Positions 9,984-21,406 of a stretch of 64,000 nucleotides of DNA are shown in pieces (the first letter of the stretch is position 1; the number at the start of each line of letters is the position of its first letter). The translations under genes were made by a program, and so were the position numbers. The stretch is from Opitutales bacterium (GTDB lineage: Bacteria > Verrucomicrobiota > Verrucomicrobiia > Opitutales > UBA2987), in NCBI GenBank assembly GCA_965226885.1, contig CBDDEL010000010.1, positions 320,001-384,000 of the forward strand, read 5' to 3'. The notes beneath the pieces are model-generated. The model ran no database searches. It saw only the letters and a list, made by a program, of their open reading frames with translations, and was not told the DNA's origin.

Positions 9984-11550
9984 CCCGGATATTTCATGAA
10001 GGGTAAAGTTTGGCTCGTTATTGCTATTGGAGATGGATTTCTTTGTATTTTGAGCAGATCGTCTTGATTTTTAGGTGTTTTTCAGGGTGTAGAGACACTG
10101 CCCCCTTTCCCCCATTGGTTCGGTAGTGCCGGGGGCAGCACCAATGCACCCTTTAGGTTGGCACCAATCGGCGGGCCGCATGGTTGAAAAGACTGGCCCA
10201 AGGATAACTCTCACTTAGGTGAAAGTGAATCGTTCGGGTGTTGCGCACGATGACCGCTCCGATCTTGATTAATTTGAGCCGCAGGGTGTGGCATTGGGCC
10301 CGCGCCCACTTCGTCCCTTTTAAGGCTAACCGGCGCATGGCTTCCATCAAGGTGTAGGCCAGCGCCGACAAGAGCAATCGCCACTGATTGGCCCACCATT
10401 GATGGGCGCTGGTGCGCTCGCTGAACAATTGCATCTGTTCCTTGATTCGGTTCTCCATTTCACCGCGGCCACAGTATACCTTGTCGTAAAGCTCCTGGGG
10501 ATCGCCCGGCAGGTTCGTCACCACGAAGCGCGGGTTGGACCCCTGTGCGGTGTGTTCGGCTTTATGGATGACCAACCGCAGCCAGCGCCACGAATCGGCA
10601 GCATAGACGAAGTCCTGGAATAACCGTTGTTTTTTACCCCTTAGTTCGAACCATTCTTTGGCCTGCTTTTGCAACTGCTGGGCGTCTTGCTGCAAGCGTG
10701 CATTGCGAGCCATCCCCACGATGTAACTAACTTCGTTGCGGTCGCACCAAGAGAGTATCCGGTCTCGACAAAATCCACTGTCGGCGCGCCAAATAATCCG
10801 CGTACGGGGCCAGCTTTGGCGAATCCGTTTAACCAGCAATTTGAGGATGGCCCCGGCATGCTTGCTGGCATCGATCTTGCTCGGCCGCAGGTAGGCCACC
10901 AGCAGCTGATCACCGCAAAAAACATATAGCGGCAGAAAACAGTAATGATCATAATAACCGTGGAAAAAACGTCCCTCCTGGAGCCCGTGCACCGGATTGT
11001 CGGTGGCGTCAAAGTCCAGGATGATCTCTTCGGGTTCCTCGGCAAAGGAGCCCATGAACTGTTCGACCAGCAACTCGTTCAGGGCAAAGGCTGCCCGCCG
11101 ATCCTGCCCGTTTTCAAAACGACACAAAGTCAGCGCGCTGGCCAACGCTTCAGTGCGCCCCGTTACCGTTTGCAACAAAGGATCGCGGCGCAGGGTGTCA
11201 AAGTCGTTCAAATCCTCATGGCCCGCCACCAGCCCGTAAACGCGCTGCCGCAGCATCCCCAATACCTCATGGCGTACTTTGCCCTTCTGCCGTTTGTCCA
11301 CTAACTGTCGGGCCGCTCGTTCGGTCAAGCCCAACTGCCGATCCACTTCCCGGATCAAAAGCAGTCCGGCATCCGAAGTAACCTCTCCGCCCTTGAAATC
11401 AACCCGCACACGGCGGCCTTTTACCCTTGTCAACTGTAGCTTTAATTGTTTACCTTTTGTCATCGCTGATATTGCTTTAATTATTGATCTATCCTGCTGT
11501 ATATCAGCAGTTAAGCATATCAACGATACTTTTTTTACGAAATATCCGGG
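9984..11550 (-). mobile_element. IS1380-family element (mostly allele A)
   Basis: 1567 bp; IRs CCCGGATATTTC; TSD CTAA (TTAG on the minus strand). Confidence 0.95.
10153..11523 (-). CDS. IS1380-family transposase
   Basis: 456 aa; differs from 598-1968 by I>M only. Confidence 0.93.
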   Translation of the reverse strand: MICLTADIQQDRSIIKAISAMTKGKQLKLQLTRVKGRRVRVDFKGGEVTSDAGLLLIREVDRQLGLTERAARQLVDKRQKGKVRHEVLGMLRQRVYGLVAGHEDLNDFDTLRRDPLLQTVTGRTEALASALTLCRFENGQDRRAAFALNELLVEQFMGSFAEEPEEIILDFDATDNPVHGLQEGRFFHGYYDHYCFLPLYVFCGDQLLVAYLRPSKIDASKHAGAILKLLVKRIRQSWPRTRIIWRADSGFCRDRILSWCDRNEVSYIVGMARNARLQQDAQQLQKQAKEWFELRGKKQRLFQDFVYAADSWRWLRLVIHKAEHTAQGSNPRFVVTNLPGDPQELYDKVYCGRGEMENRIKEQMQLFSERTSAHQWWANQWRLLLSALAYTLMEAMRRLALKGTKWARAQCHTLRLKLIKIGAVIVRNTRTIHFHLSESYPWASLFNHAARRLVPT

Positions 11551-12846
11551 CTAAAGCGTCTTCTTCCCATGCTTCGATTCTCCATTTAGGAGAATCTCGT
11601 GTCCACTTTTTCCAGTGCACATCATCAACATTTGATTCTTATCTCGGCGACCTGACACCTACTGAGAGTTTGCTTTACTTTAGGGCAGAAACATCGGAAA
11701 CGAACGACAGAGAAATGTGGGTATCGGATGGGACTGATGAAGGATCGGTTCGCGTTCGGGATTTCATCCAAAAGGAAATCGGAACCTTTTATTCCTCTCT
11801 TACCAATGTCAATGGAGTCATTTTTTACGAAGCATATTCAGAAGAATTTGGGGTGGAACTTTGGAAAACCAACGGCACACCTGAAGGCACCGGCCTCGTC
11901 AAGGACATTGCCCCGGGTCCAGATAGTTCGTCACCCTTTCCTTTGGGACAGCACGATGGCATTTTGTATTTCGCGGTTACATTCGACTATCCAAATGGTG
12001 AACTTTGGAGGACCGATGGGACAAGAGATGGAACCTGGGTGATTAAAAGAACTTGGGGCGAACTCGTCGAAGTGCGTCCCCGGCAACTAGAGGTGGCCAA
12101 TGATACCTTATTTTTCTTTGTGGGAAGACTTGGCAAGTTAAGCCCAAGGAGGCTTCAACTCTGGAAAAGCGACGGCACACCGGAAGGAACGGAAATGATA
12201 TTACTGCCAATTGAAGAAAATTTGGTTGGATTTAATACAAAATTGAAGGCGTCCGGTGGTCAGGTTTTTTTTTACCAAGCATTTGACGGATTTAGCAAGG
12301 AACTATGGCGCACGGATGGAACCCCGGAAGGAACCTATTCAATCGATATCAATCCGGGACCGGAGGATAGTTATATTACGGATCTGACGGATATCAACGG
12401 CACATTATATTTCCGGGCCTATACGGAAACTCATGGCAGTGAATTGTGGAGAAGCGATGGCACGGTAGAAGGCACTTACATGATCAAAGATATCTATCCG
12501 GGACCACTTCCAGAATATGAAACCCCCGGCACCTTCCATCAAAACATTGATTTTGAACAAGGCCGCCTGGTTTATTCCAATGGGTATATCTATTTCCTAG
12601 CGGACGACGGCATCCATGGCGGCGAGCTTTGGCGGACCGATGGCACTTCGGCGGGAACTATGCTGGTACGCGATATCAATCCCGGCCCGGAAGGCTCCTT
12701 CCCCTTTAACGTAACCGATGTCAACGGTGTGCTTTATTTCATCGCCTATCCTCAGGAAGTGCACAACGAACTGTGGAAAAGCGACGGCACGGAAGTGGGA
12801 ACTGTGCACATAGCAAACCTGATTTCGGCGCCGGGACTCGATTGGG

Positions 12847-14179
12847 TGAAATGGACGGGGAGAACTGGACAGTGGAATAAGGTGGTCTTGAACCACTAAA
12901 TCCGCTAACCTATGAATGTTATTAAATCACGAAAGAGAAGACAATACAGTGCTGAGTTTAAAGCCCGAGTGGCCCTGGAAGCCATCAGGGGCGCTCATAC
13001 CATCAACGAGATCGCCGGTCGTTTTGAGGTGCATCCCAACCAGGTGACCCAATGGAAGAAGCAGCTTTTGCAGGGAGCAACGGAGCTGTTTTCGCGCCAG
13101 CGGCAGACTCTCAGCAAGGACAACGAGACGGAAAAAGATCACCTTTACCAGGAGATTGGAAAGCTGAAAGTAGAATGCGATTGGCTAAAAAAAAAGTCTG
13201 AACAATTCGGTTGGTGAGAGGCGCAAGATGGTGCAACCACTTCAAGGAAAAATCAGTATCGGCAGGCAATGTCAGTTGCTGGGGCTGGCCCGCGGCAGCT
13301 ATTACTATCGGGCCCGTGCCCAGTGCGAGCAGAACGTTCTCTACATGCATCGCATGGATGAGCTCTACACCCAATATCCGTTTTTTGGTTCTCGCCGGAT
13401 GACCCAGTGGCTGCGTCGAGAGGGCCATGCAGTGGGACGAGGCCGCATCCAGCGGCTCATGCGCCAAATGGGCCTGGAGGCTATTTATCCGCGTCGAAAC
13501 TTGAGCCAGGGGCACCGGCAGCACCGCATTTTCCCTTATCTGCTGCGGGGTTTGGCGGTCGAGCGGCCCGACCAGGTATGGTGCAGCGACATCACTTACC
13601 TGCGGCTGAGCCGAGGATTCCTTTTCTTGACCGTGGTGTTGGACTGGTTCAGCCGCTACGTGTTGAGCTGGCAGCTTTCCAACACCCTGGAGAGCCGCTT
13701 CTGTGTGCTCGCCCTGGAGGAAGCTCTGAGGCGGGCCCAACCTCAAATCTTCAACACCGATCAAGGCAGCCAGTTTACCGGCAGCGAGTTCACCTCGGTG
13801 CTGGGGCAAGCCGGGGTGCGCATCAGCATGGACGGGCGTGGCCGCTACCTGGACAACATATTTGTTGAACGCTTTTGGAGAACCCTCAAGTATGAAGACA
13901 TTTACCTGCGCGAATACGCCACGGCAAAGGAAGCCAGCGAAGGGATAGCCCGCTACCTGGACTTCTACAACCACCTGCGCCCCCACCAAGCCCTGGGCTA
14001 CCGGACCCCGGCCGAAGTCCATGCAATCGGAGCAAAACCAACCTCCCCGCCAATACAGCTTGCGGGCACCTGCGTGCCCGTCTTTGGCTAAGGACAAAAT
14101 ATATTTTTAAAAAATAATATGAACACGATTTCCACCTTAATCCCACGTCAAAATTGTCCAAACAACCCCGTCCACTTCA
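12847..14179 (+). mobile_element. IS3-family element type B
   Basis: Ends TGAAATGGACGGGG/CCCCGTCCACTTCA; TSD GGG; orfA 12912-13217, orfB 13228-14091; A9G slippery site. Confidence 0.93.
12912..14091 (+). CDS. IS3 type B transposase OrfA/OrfB (programmed -1 frameshift)
   Basis: HTH OrfA (YSAEFKARVALEA); OrfB WCSDITY, NTDQGSQF, DNIFVERFWRTLKYE. Confidence 0.9.
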
Positions 14180-14737
14180 GGGTGACTCATTTCCCCGCAA
14201 ATCAATTCGTGTCCTTCAAGGATCAATTATATTTTGTGTATTATCGGGTAGAAACGGGGTCCGAGCTTTACACCTTAAAATGGACGGAAGCCGATAGGTA
14301 CTTCCCTCTCTCGGTGGATATCGGGAATGGATGGAGGGAAAGCGATTGGTTGGGAATCTTTTTCACTCCCAATCTGCCCTGGATTTGGCATGATGCTCAT
14401 GGGTGGCTCTATTTCCCCGAAAAGGAAATTACCGACAGATGGTTTTGGGATTTGGCACAGGGCTGGTTATGGACCTTGGAAGACCAATACCCGCTCCTTT
14501 ATCGCCACAACGATAATAGTTGGCTCTGGTATTGGATCGGCACATCCGATCCGCGAATTTTCTACAACTATAAAACCGGGCAAACTGAGGAATTTGCAAA
14601 GTCCGATTAAGGATTATTGTGGATTCCAACTCCTTCCAACATTCCTTTTGAGTTCAAAGAAAGTATTGCCAGAAGGAACCGGAATGGCAGTCTTCGGGTC
14701 TTTTCCACCATTCTAACCTCAAACTGTATTAATTTTT

Positions 14738-15187
14738 ATGGAATCCAATTATCCCGATCTTACTGTGCGTCCGCCTCGCGGGCCTCGCGGGCTCCTGGGC
14801 GGCTTTGTTTGTCTGCCGCGTATTCTTGACAAATGCCGGGCCGTTCTAGCGGGCAAGAATGGCGAATATAATTACGACTGTCCCATGGACCAACATTTCC
14901 TCTCCTTCACCGGTATTACCGCAGATGACCTCAAGGCGCAGGTGGCCGGCGGCCAGGGAGATGGTGAAATTCTGGCCTGGGTTCTGAAAAACATGCGCTC
15001 AGCCATCACCGAGGCCGATATTCGAAACTGGTCCGAGTATATGGAACCGCGCAGCCCTTCCGATTGCGAATCGCGGGAGTTTTATCAGGGTATGCATTCG
15101 CAAGTGGCCCCCGATCGGGAGGACCTCGCCACCTGGTTCGATCTTCTTGATATTGACGACTATGTCTCCTTCGGGGGCAAACCGTGA
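14738..15187 (+). CDS. DUF5069-domain protein
   Basis: PPRGPRGLLGGFVCLPRILDKCRA...GEYNYDCPMDQ...TWFDLLDIDD. Confidence 0.8.
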   Translation: MESNYPDLTVRPPRGPRGLLGGFVCLPRILDKCRAVLAGKNGEYNYDCPMDQHFLSFTGITADDLKAQVAGGQGDGEILAWVLKNMRSAITEADIRNWSEYMEPRSPSDCESREFYQGMHSQVAPDREDLATWFDLLDIDDYVSFGGKP

Positions 15188-16337
15188 GCCGGATTTTCGC
15201 TTTCCTCTTGCCAGGCTTAATTGCCCTTGCCATTCCGTCAGCGAAGGCGGCCAATGATAACGGTTTTACGCTTTCCGGACGGGTCTTGCATCCGCCGGAA
15301 GATGGCGGGCGGATTGTTCTCAAGCGCAATCAGGTCCTTGACCGCAGGATGATAACCCTGCAAACCTTCGAACTGGATGAGGACGGTTTTTTCGAGGTTC
15401 AATTCGATGGCCAACCCGGTATTTTCGAACTTGATTTATTTGGGTTAAGAAAAGTTCCCCTGGCCCTCGATGGTGGGCAGTCCGTGCAAATCGAACTGTC
15501 TTTGGACAACTCGCAATTGGAGCCCACTGTAACCGGTTCGGCTGACACCGAGCTGCTTCTGGCCTACGAGAAATTTCGCCGGGAATCCTTCCAGCGCCAG
15601 GTCATACCGGCCCGCAGAGAAATGAGAATCCTGCGCCAGTCGGCGGAGCCCGATGAGAAACTTCTGGCCGAGCTGACGGCCAAAGAAATTGAAAGTTACG
15701 ATCTTCACCAAGATGAATTGCTGGAGTTCACCCATAAAATAAAAACATGGGGCATTCAATAGCCGTTTATGCCGCCGCCCTGAGATGGGACGCGGAGTTG
15801 GACCTCAAGGTCATGGAAGAGATCGGGGAAAAATTTCAAACAGCGCATCCGCACCTGGAAATTACCAGCAAACTGAATGAGGCCGTGCAAGGTTTTCAAA
15901 GGGTAGCCATCGGGGCCAGGGCAGCGGAAATCCAATTGCCCGATGCGAGCGGCCAAGCTCACCGTTTGTCCGCATTGAGGGGAAAACTCGTATTGCTCGA
16001 TTTTTGGGCCTCGTGGTGTCCTCCCTGCCGAGTGGAAAATCCCAAATATGCGAAATTATACTATAAATACCGGGACCGGGGATTAGCTATTTACAGTGTT
16101 TCATTGGATGAAAATAGGGGGCAATGGCTCAGGGCCGCCGAAAGGGACGGGATTGCCTGGACCAATGTTTCCGATCTGGCCGGGTACCGTTCACCCACCG
16201 CCAGGGACTACAGCATAAGCGCCCTGCCAATAAATTTTCTCCTTGATGGCGAGAGCCGTATAATCGCCAAAAACATCAGGGGCGAAGCGCTCAGGGAAAA
16301 AATCGCCGCATTGCTGCCCGATGAATCCAGACATTGA
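15184..16337 (+). pseudogene. TlpA/AhpC-TSA thiol-disulfide oxidoreductase, frameshifted
   Basis: LDFWASWCPPCR in the second ORF; removing one ATAAA (15734-15743) gives one 382-aa ORF. Confidence 0.85.
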
Positions 16338-16363
16338 TTAAAACTTTTTATAAAAACAAAACT

Positions 16364-16990
16364 ATGAATGACAGGGATGAGATTTTTACCCGGATTGGCA
16401 AAGCGCTGGAACCACTGAAAGAAAAAACCCCGTATCCCGATTGGGAGGATGCCCTGGTGGTCTCCCGCGGGCTGGAAGAATTTTCGTCGCTATGGGAAAT
16501 GTTTTGCCATAAGATGAAGGAAGTTAATGGCATACCGCTGGAGGGAATCGAAGCATTGGGCGCCTTTCTCAAAGAAAAGGGCCAAACGTTGGGCTACTGC
16601 GATCCCGTAATCGCCCTGGAATTGGAAAAATTGCCCGCATTTGAAGGCATCGAATTGGCCACCGCCTACGACCGCGAGCGAATCGACGATTATCAGTTCG
16701 GCATCACGCGTGCGGCCGGCGCCATCGCCGAAACTGGCACCATCATCCTCAAGGACAAATCCACCTCGGCCCGGCTGGGCGCCCTCAGCCCCTGGACTCA
16801 TGCCGCCATTTTGGACCCGAAAAACTTATGGCGGGATGTGCCCGCAGCCCTCCAACGGGCGCTGGATGACGACCCCTCCGTCATTCTCGTTACGGGCCCT
16901 TCCAAGACCGCCGACATCGAAGGGGTACTCATCGAAGGGGTGCATGGTCCGGGAGTGCAAATTTGCTGCCTGCATTCCTCCAATGGCTAA
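16364..16990 (+). CDS. LUD-domain protein (LutC/YkgG)
   Basis: GITRAAGAIAETGT, TGPSKTADIEGVLIEGVHGP. Confidence 0.88.
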   Translation: MNDRDEIFTRIGKALEPLKEKTPYPDWEDALVVSRGLEEFSSLWEMFCHKMKEVNGIPLEGIEALGAFLKEKGQTLGYCDPVIALELEKLPAFEGIELATAYDRERIDDYQFGITRAAGAIAETGTIILKDKSTSARLGALSPWTHAAILDPKNLWRDVPAALQRALDDDPSVILVTGPSKTADIEGVLIEGVHGPGVQICCLHSSNG

Positions 16991-17117
16991 ATGACGATTC
17001 TTCCCGATTGTTCTTGGAATCCCTGGTTTTCATGGGATATTAGGAATTCGTTACCTCATTCATGCTTTGAGAAAGTTTTTTTAATCGTTTTCATTTAAGG
17101 AACAGGAGTAAATCGTT

Positions 17118-18005
17118 ATGCAAAAAGTATTTTATGTCATTATCGGCGTGGTTGTCGCGCTGGTATTCTTTGGATCCAGGATCGCCAAGACCGTCCCCGC
17201 CGGATACGTTGGGGTGGCCACTCTCTTTGGCGAGGTCCAGGATAAGGCTTACCCCGAAGGTCTCAATTTTCCGGTCAATCCATTGTATAAATGGACCAAT
17301 TTCGATGTGCGTGAGCAGACTCTTGAGGAGACTGCCAATGTGCCCACACAGGATCAATTGCAGACCCGGATCGACGTCAGTGTGCAATTTCGCCTCAATG
17401 GTGAGATGGCGCCAACGATCCGCCAAGACTCCGGCATCTTCACCAGAGCCGTGCAGGTCCACCTGATTCCCAAACTGCGCTCCCTTCTGAGGGAACAAGG
17501 CAAAACCATCAAAAGGGCGGAAGATTTCTTCCTGGAAGAAACCCAGGCCAATCTGCAGGCCTCGCTGGAGGAGGGGATGCGAGAGTTTTTAGCCCCCAAA
17601 GGCATCCAGATTCAGGCGGTGCTTTTACGGGATATTACTTTGCCGCCATTCATCACCAGGGCCATTGAGTCGAAAAAGGAACGGGAGCAGGAAGTGGAAA
17701 AACAAAAGGCCGAACTGGAGCGTTTTCGCACCGAGCAGCAGCAAGTGATCGCAACCGCCTCAGCCGAGCGGAAAGCCGCCGAAGAAGATGCGGCCAAACG
17801 CAGGGTTCTGGCCGACGCCCAAGCCTACGAGATTGAAAAGATCAACGAAGCCATATCCACCAATCCGGCCTACCTGCAATTACAGGCCCTGGAAGCGCTT
17901 AAATCGATCAGCAAAGACCCCGCGACTAAAATTTACTTTCTCGACGGCGACAGCCCAGCCCCCCTGCCCCTCATGCACATGGGTGATTTGCTTAAAGAAA
18001 ACTGA
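17118..18005 (+). CDS. SPFH/prohibitin family membrane protein
   Basis: N-terminal TM, VPAGYVGV, EGLNFPVNP, VLLRDITLP, coiled-coil tail. Confidence 0.88.
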   Translation: MQKVFYVIIGVVVALVFFGSRIAKTVPAGYVGVATLFGEVQDKAYPEGLNFPVNPLYKWTNFDVREQTLEETANVPTQDQLQTRIDVSVQFRLNGEMAPTIRQDSGIFTRAVQVHLIPKLRSLLREQGKTIKRAEDFFLEETQANLQASLEEGMREFLAPKGIQIQAVLLRDITLPPFITRAIESKKEREQEVEKQKAELERFRTEQQQVIATASAERKAAEEDAAKRRVLADAQAYEIEKINEAISTNPAYLQLQALEALKSISKDPATKIYFLDGDSPAPLPLMHMGDLLKEN

Positions 18006-20275
18006 ACGGAGCCACCCGGAGAAATGGCCCTGAATCCAGGGTTGAATCCTCGTTTTCCTCTCTATTATTTTGAAAGCGCTTAATGGACGAAGAGGACGAT
18101 GGAGATTTCCAGCTTGAGTTCGCGCCAATCGTCTCCGCCCGAAATATCGAAGCTGTCTCGGTCGCCTTGGATGCCGGCCCTTTTTTTTCTCTTTGCCCTC
18201 GTTGTGTTGGGGGGAGGAACAACCCTTTGGACTCAGGGCATCGCCTTGCTGGGCATAGGACTTTTCGTCATTTACGCGCCGCGCCGCCAGGGTCCGGGCA
18301 AGCTGGCGGACGCCGCCGTGCTAGGCTTTTTAGGAATCATCCTGGCAGGTTTTTTGCCGGTCCCGGCATCGCTCAGGGACTCCTGGTGGATTGAAGCGGT
18401 TCAAGAACTGGGCATCCATTTGCCTGCCACGGCATCCTTTCAGCCCTGGCTTTCCGCGGAGGCGCTGGTGCCGTTTCTCGGTGGTGTGGCCTGGCTTTAT
18501 GCGGCCATCTCCTGGAAAACGGGGCATGAAATGCGCGCCAAGCTGCTATGGGCCTTTGCCTTCTCCGTCACTGTGCTGGCGATCGGCGTTATAGTTGGAA
18601 CTTTATTACAGCTACAATATCCTTTTGCCACCGAGGTGCAAAGTTTCAGCTATTTCCCCAACCGCAATCAAACGAGCAATTTATTGGCTCTGGGCGGCAT
18701 TGTCTCATTCGGGGTGGCCATGCGTTTCCTGCGACGGCGTCCACTTTATACCTTGGCCGGCTTGGCCTGTGTGGGAATCATATTTTTCGCCCTTATTTAC
18801 AGTCTTTCCCGGGCCGGCCTGTTTTTATTTGTCATAGGATGCCTGGTGTGGGTTGCTTTGTCCGTTCGTCCCACCAATACGGCCCGTGTTGCCATTTTGT
18901 CCGTCTCCGGGGTCGTCGTTCTGTTCAGCCTGCTGGTATTCTTCGGGGGTTCCACCATTGACCGGAGCAACCGGTTTATTACCGGCCTGCGGGGAGACAC
19001 GTCCGATTTCCGGATGCTCATATACAAAGATTCCTGGAACATGATTACCGATTTGCCCTGGACCGGCGCCGGTATGTCGAATTTTTCGGTAGTTTTTCCG
19101 CAATACCGTGAGGCCTCGGCCAATCATAATAGCATTCTTCATCCGGAGAGCGATTGGCTGTGGCTATGGGCAGAGCTTGGCCTGCCCGGGATAATATGCG
19201 CCTTGGTGCTGCTTTTCGCCCTGCTGCGTGGCCTGCATCTTGCGCGAAAATACCGCAGAAGTTCCAATGCCCTGGCCGCGGTGGCCGCACTACTCATATT
19301 TATCCTGCATTCCATGATCGATGTGGCCGGGCATCGCATGGGCACATTCATGGCTGCTGCCTGGCTTTACGGCATTGCCCGGCGCACCTCTTCTTCCTCC
19401 AAATCTCCTTCTCAGAAACCGCTCTGGTTATCCCCTCGAAGATGGCGCCTGGCCGGAGCCCTCATCGTGGCCTCTGGAATTGCCTCCATTGCCGCGGCGG
19501 CATTTTCCCTGCCCTGGCGCATTCCAGCGTTATCCTCAAACGCAGCGAGGCCATGCTGAGTCCTGCTTCCGAGACGCAACCGCAAGACCTTGAGCATGTC
19601 CGCCAAACTGTCGATCTTGCGGTGCGCAGGTATCCTCTGGACTGGAGGGCTTATTTCAACCGGGCGCAGGTCGGGCTTTATCGACTGCAAGACCCGCAAC
19701 AGGCGCTCGATGATTTTCGCCGGGCCCGGTTTCTCGAACCCATTGCCGCACAACTGCCGTATTACGAGGGCCTGGCCTGGCTGCCCTTTCAACCGGTGCT
19801 GGCGGTTTCCGCCTGGAGGGAGGCTTTGGCCCGGCAAACCGATGACCGGGCGCTCATCATTCGCGGCATTCTGGCCAATGCGAAGTATTCCCCCCGCGTC
19901 ATGTCTCTGGTCTCCGATTTATCCTTCATCGAACCGAATTTACGTTATCAATTTTTGAACCGGTTAAGAGGGGACGAATTTCTTCACCAATTCAATCGCG
20001 ATTTGGCCCGCGAACCGGCACTCGAATCCTTCAGTTTCGGGCAAAAGGATAATCTCCTCAACCGGTGGCTGTCCGCCGAAAAGCTAGCCATTATCAATGA
20101 TTTCCTCATCCGTCATCCCGCTCTGGCGGAAGAACATTGGTTGTTTCAGGCCAATGTTCTGGTGCGGCAAAAACGCTTTCAAGAAGCGCTTTCAATCGTT
20201 TGGAATAAACTTGCCGCTCCTTCCATTCCGGATTTCAGGGATGGAGACAGCATTGACGCCTTGCGAGTGGACTTA

Positions 20276-21406
20276 TACCAAATCTCATTAGGTATGATAA
20301 TAAGTTATTTGGCAGAAGCGTTTGCTTGAATGTGCTGCCAGCCTCCGCCAACTAAAGAGAGGACTTTTTCAGTGTCCTCCCACCAGTCTTTGAGATGGGT
20401 TGCGACGACTTCTTCGAGTCGCTCAATGCTCGGCCACAGTTTGTTGGCCGTTTGATCCTGTATCATATCCCAAAGTCTTTCAATCGGGTTGAGTTCAGGA
20501 CTATACGGCGGCAAATTCACGATATGTATGCCCGGGGGGACGTTGGGGTGCTCCGAGTCGTGCGGATGGAAGCCTGCCCCGTCCCATACAACCACATGTT
20601 CCTCCTCAGGATATTGCTTTTTGATCTGTTGGAGGAAAGCCTCCGTCCACTGTAGATTCGTGCTAGGGGTTTGGATGCATACCATCTCGCCGTTGACCAC
20701 GTCGAGGGCTCCGTAACAGTAGCTCCACTGGTATCTTGTCTGATATTTTTTGTGCGGCCGAAGCCCTCTTTGCGTCCAGCACCGGCGGTACACCGGAAGC
20801 AAACCAAAACGGCTTTCATCGGCAAACCACACCCGAACCCGATTGCCTCGGGTGAGGGAAAGCTCCTGGAGGATCTTAAAAAAGTCTCGCTTGAACGCTT
20901 CCGCTTTTGCCGAGTCCCGTTTCTCATGCACGGGGCGAGGGACTCGAAGCACCCCGGCGCATTTTTTTAGCCATCGCCACACCGTCTTGTAGGCGAAGGA
21001 GCGCCCGAAATGTCGCTCCAGCTCTTGCCCCGCCTGAACGGCTGTGTTCCAGCGCGCGACCTTCAAACCATTGAGCAAGAAGGCCTCCACCTCTTTGTCG
21101 CAACGGCTTTTGATCCCGCCTTTGTAGGCGCGTGTAAGCACCGCCCCGAGCCCTGCAGCACGATATTTGTCAAACCAACGCTGGATCGTCGCTTTGCCTC
21201 GGCCCACGATGGCTCCAATTTCATCAATGCTGTGGTGCGGCTGGAAGCCCATTTTTAATGCCACCAAACGCTCTTTACGCCAGCCGACAGCCTCTTTGTT
21301 GAGCAATTTCTTGATACGTTCACGGTCTTCATCGGTTCCCATATATCTTCTCATTCCGCCTTTATAGCTGTTTTTTAATCTTTATCAATCCTTTTGCGAT
21401 TTGGTA
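20276..21406 (-). mobile_element. IS630-family element
   Basis: IRs TACCAAATC/GATTTGGTA; flanked by (T)TA on both sides. Confidence 0.92.
20305..21354 (-). CDS. IS630-family transposase
   Basis: WFADESRFG, WDGAGFH, LPPYSPELNPIERLW. Confidence 0.93.
   Translation of the reverse strand: MRRYMGTDEDRERIKKLLNKEAVGWRKERLVALKMGFQPHHSIDEIGAIVGRGKATIQRWFDKYRAAGLGAVLTRAYKGGIKSRCDKEVEAFLLNGLKVARWNTAVQAGQELERHFGRSFAYKTVWRWLKKCAGVLRVPRPVHEKRDSAKAEAFKRDFFKILQELSLTRGNRVRVWFADESRFGLLPVYRRCWTQRGLRPHKKYQTRYQWSYCYGALDVVNGEMVCIQTPSTNLQWTEAFLQQIKKQYPEEEHVVVWDGAGFHPHDSEHPNVPPGIHIVNLPPYSPELNPIERLWDMIQDQTANKLWPSIERLEEVVATHLKDWWEDTEKVLSLVGGGWQHIQANASAK

Larger units (their letters stand above)
8723..11624 (-). mobile_element. 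IS3 type A with IS1380 nested at the same site as in 465-3395
   Basis: Same ends inverted; flanks ACA / TCAACA (imperfect TSD). Confidence 0.95.
7436..14610 (+). pseudogene. Large ELWxxDGT-repeat surface protein (~978 aa reconstructed), interrupted by two IS insertions
   Basis: Segments 7436-8722, 11625-12846 and 14183-14610 join in frame (2937 bp); many ELW(R/K)(S/T)DGT repeats; signal peptide; Trp-rich C-terminal domain. Confidence 0.9.

Noticed and set aside
465..11624. Composite transposon or inverted segment carrying the NadR-type gene and pnuC
   Set aside because: The left nest has its own TSD and the ELWxxDGT gene continues in frame across the right nest, so the interval neither moved nor inverted
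13111..14097. 328-aa antisense ORF and other shadow ORFs within IS elements
   Set aside because: Reverse-frame shadows of GC-rich transposase genes with no recognisable domains
14773..14790. GCCTCGCGG x2 as another recent duplication
   Set aside because: Encodes PRGPRG, matching the usual PPRxPR spacing of this family; no evidence of length gain
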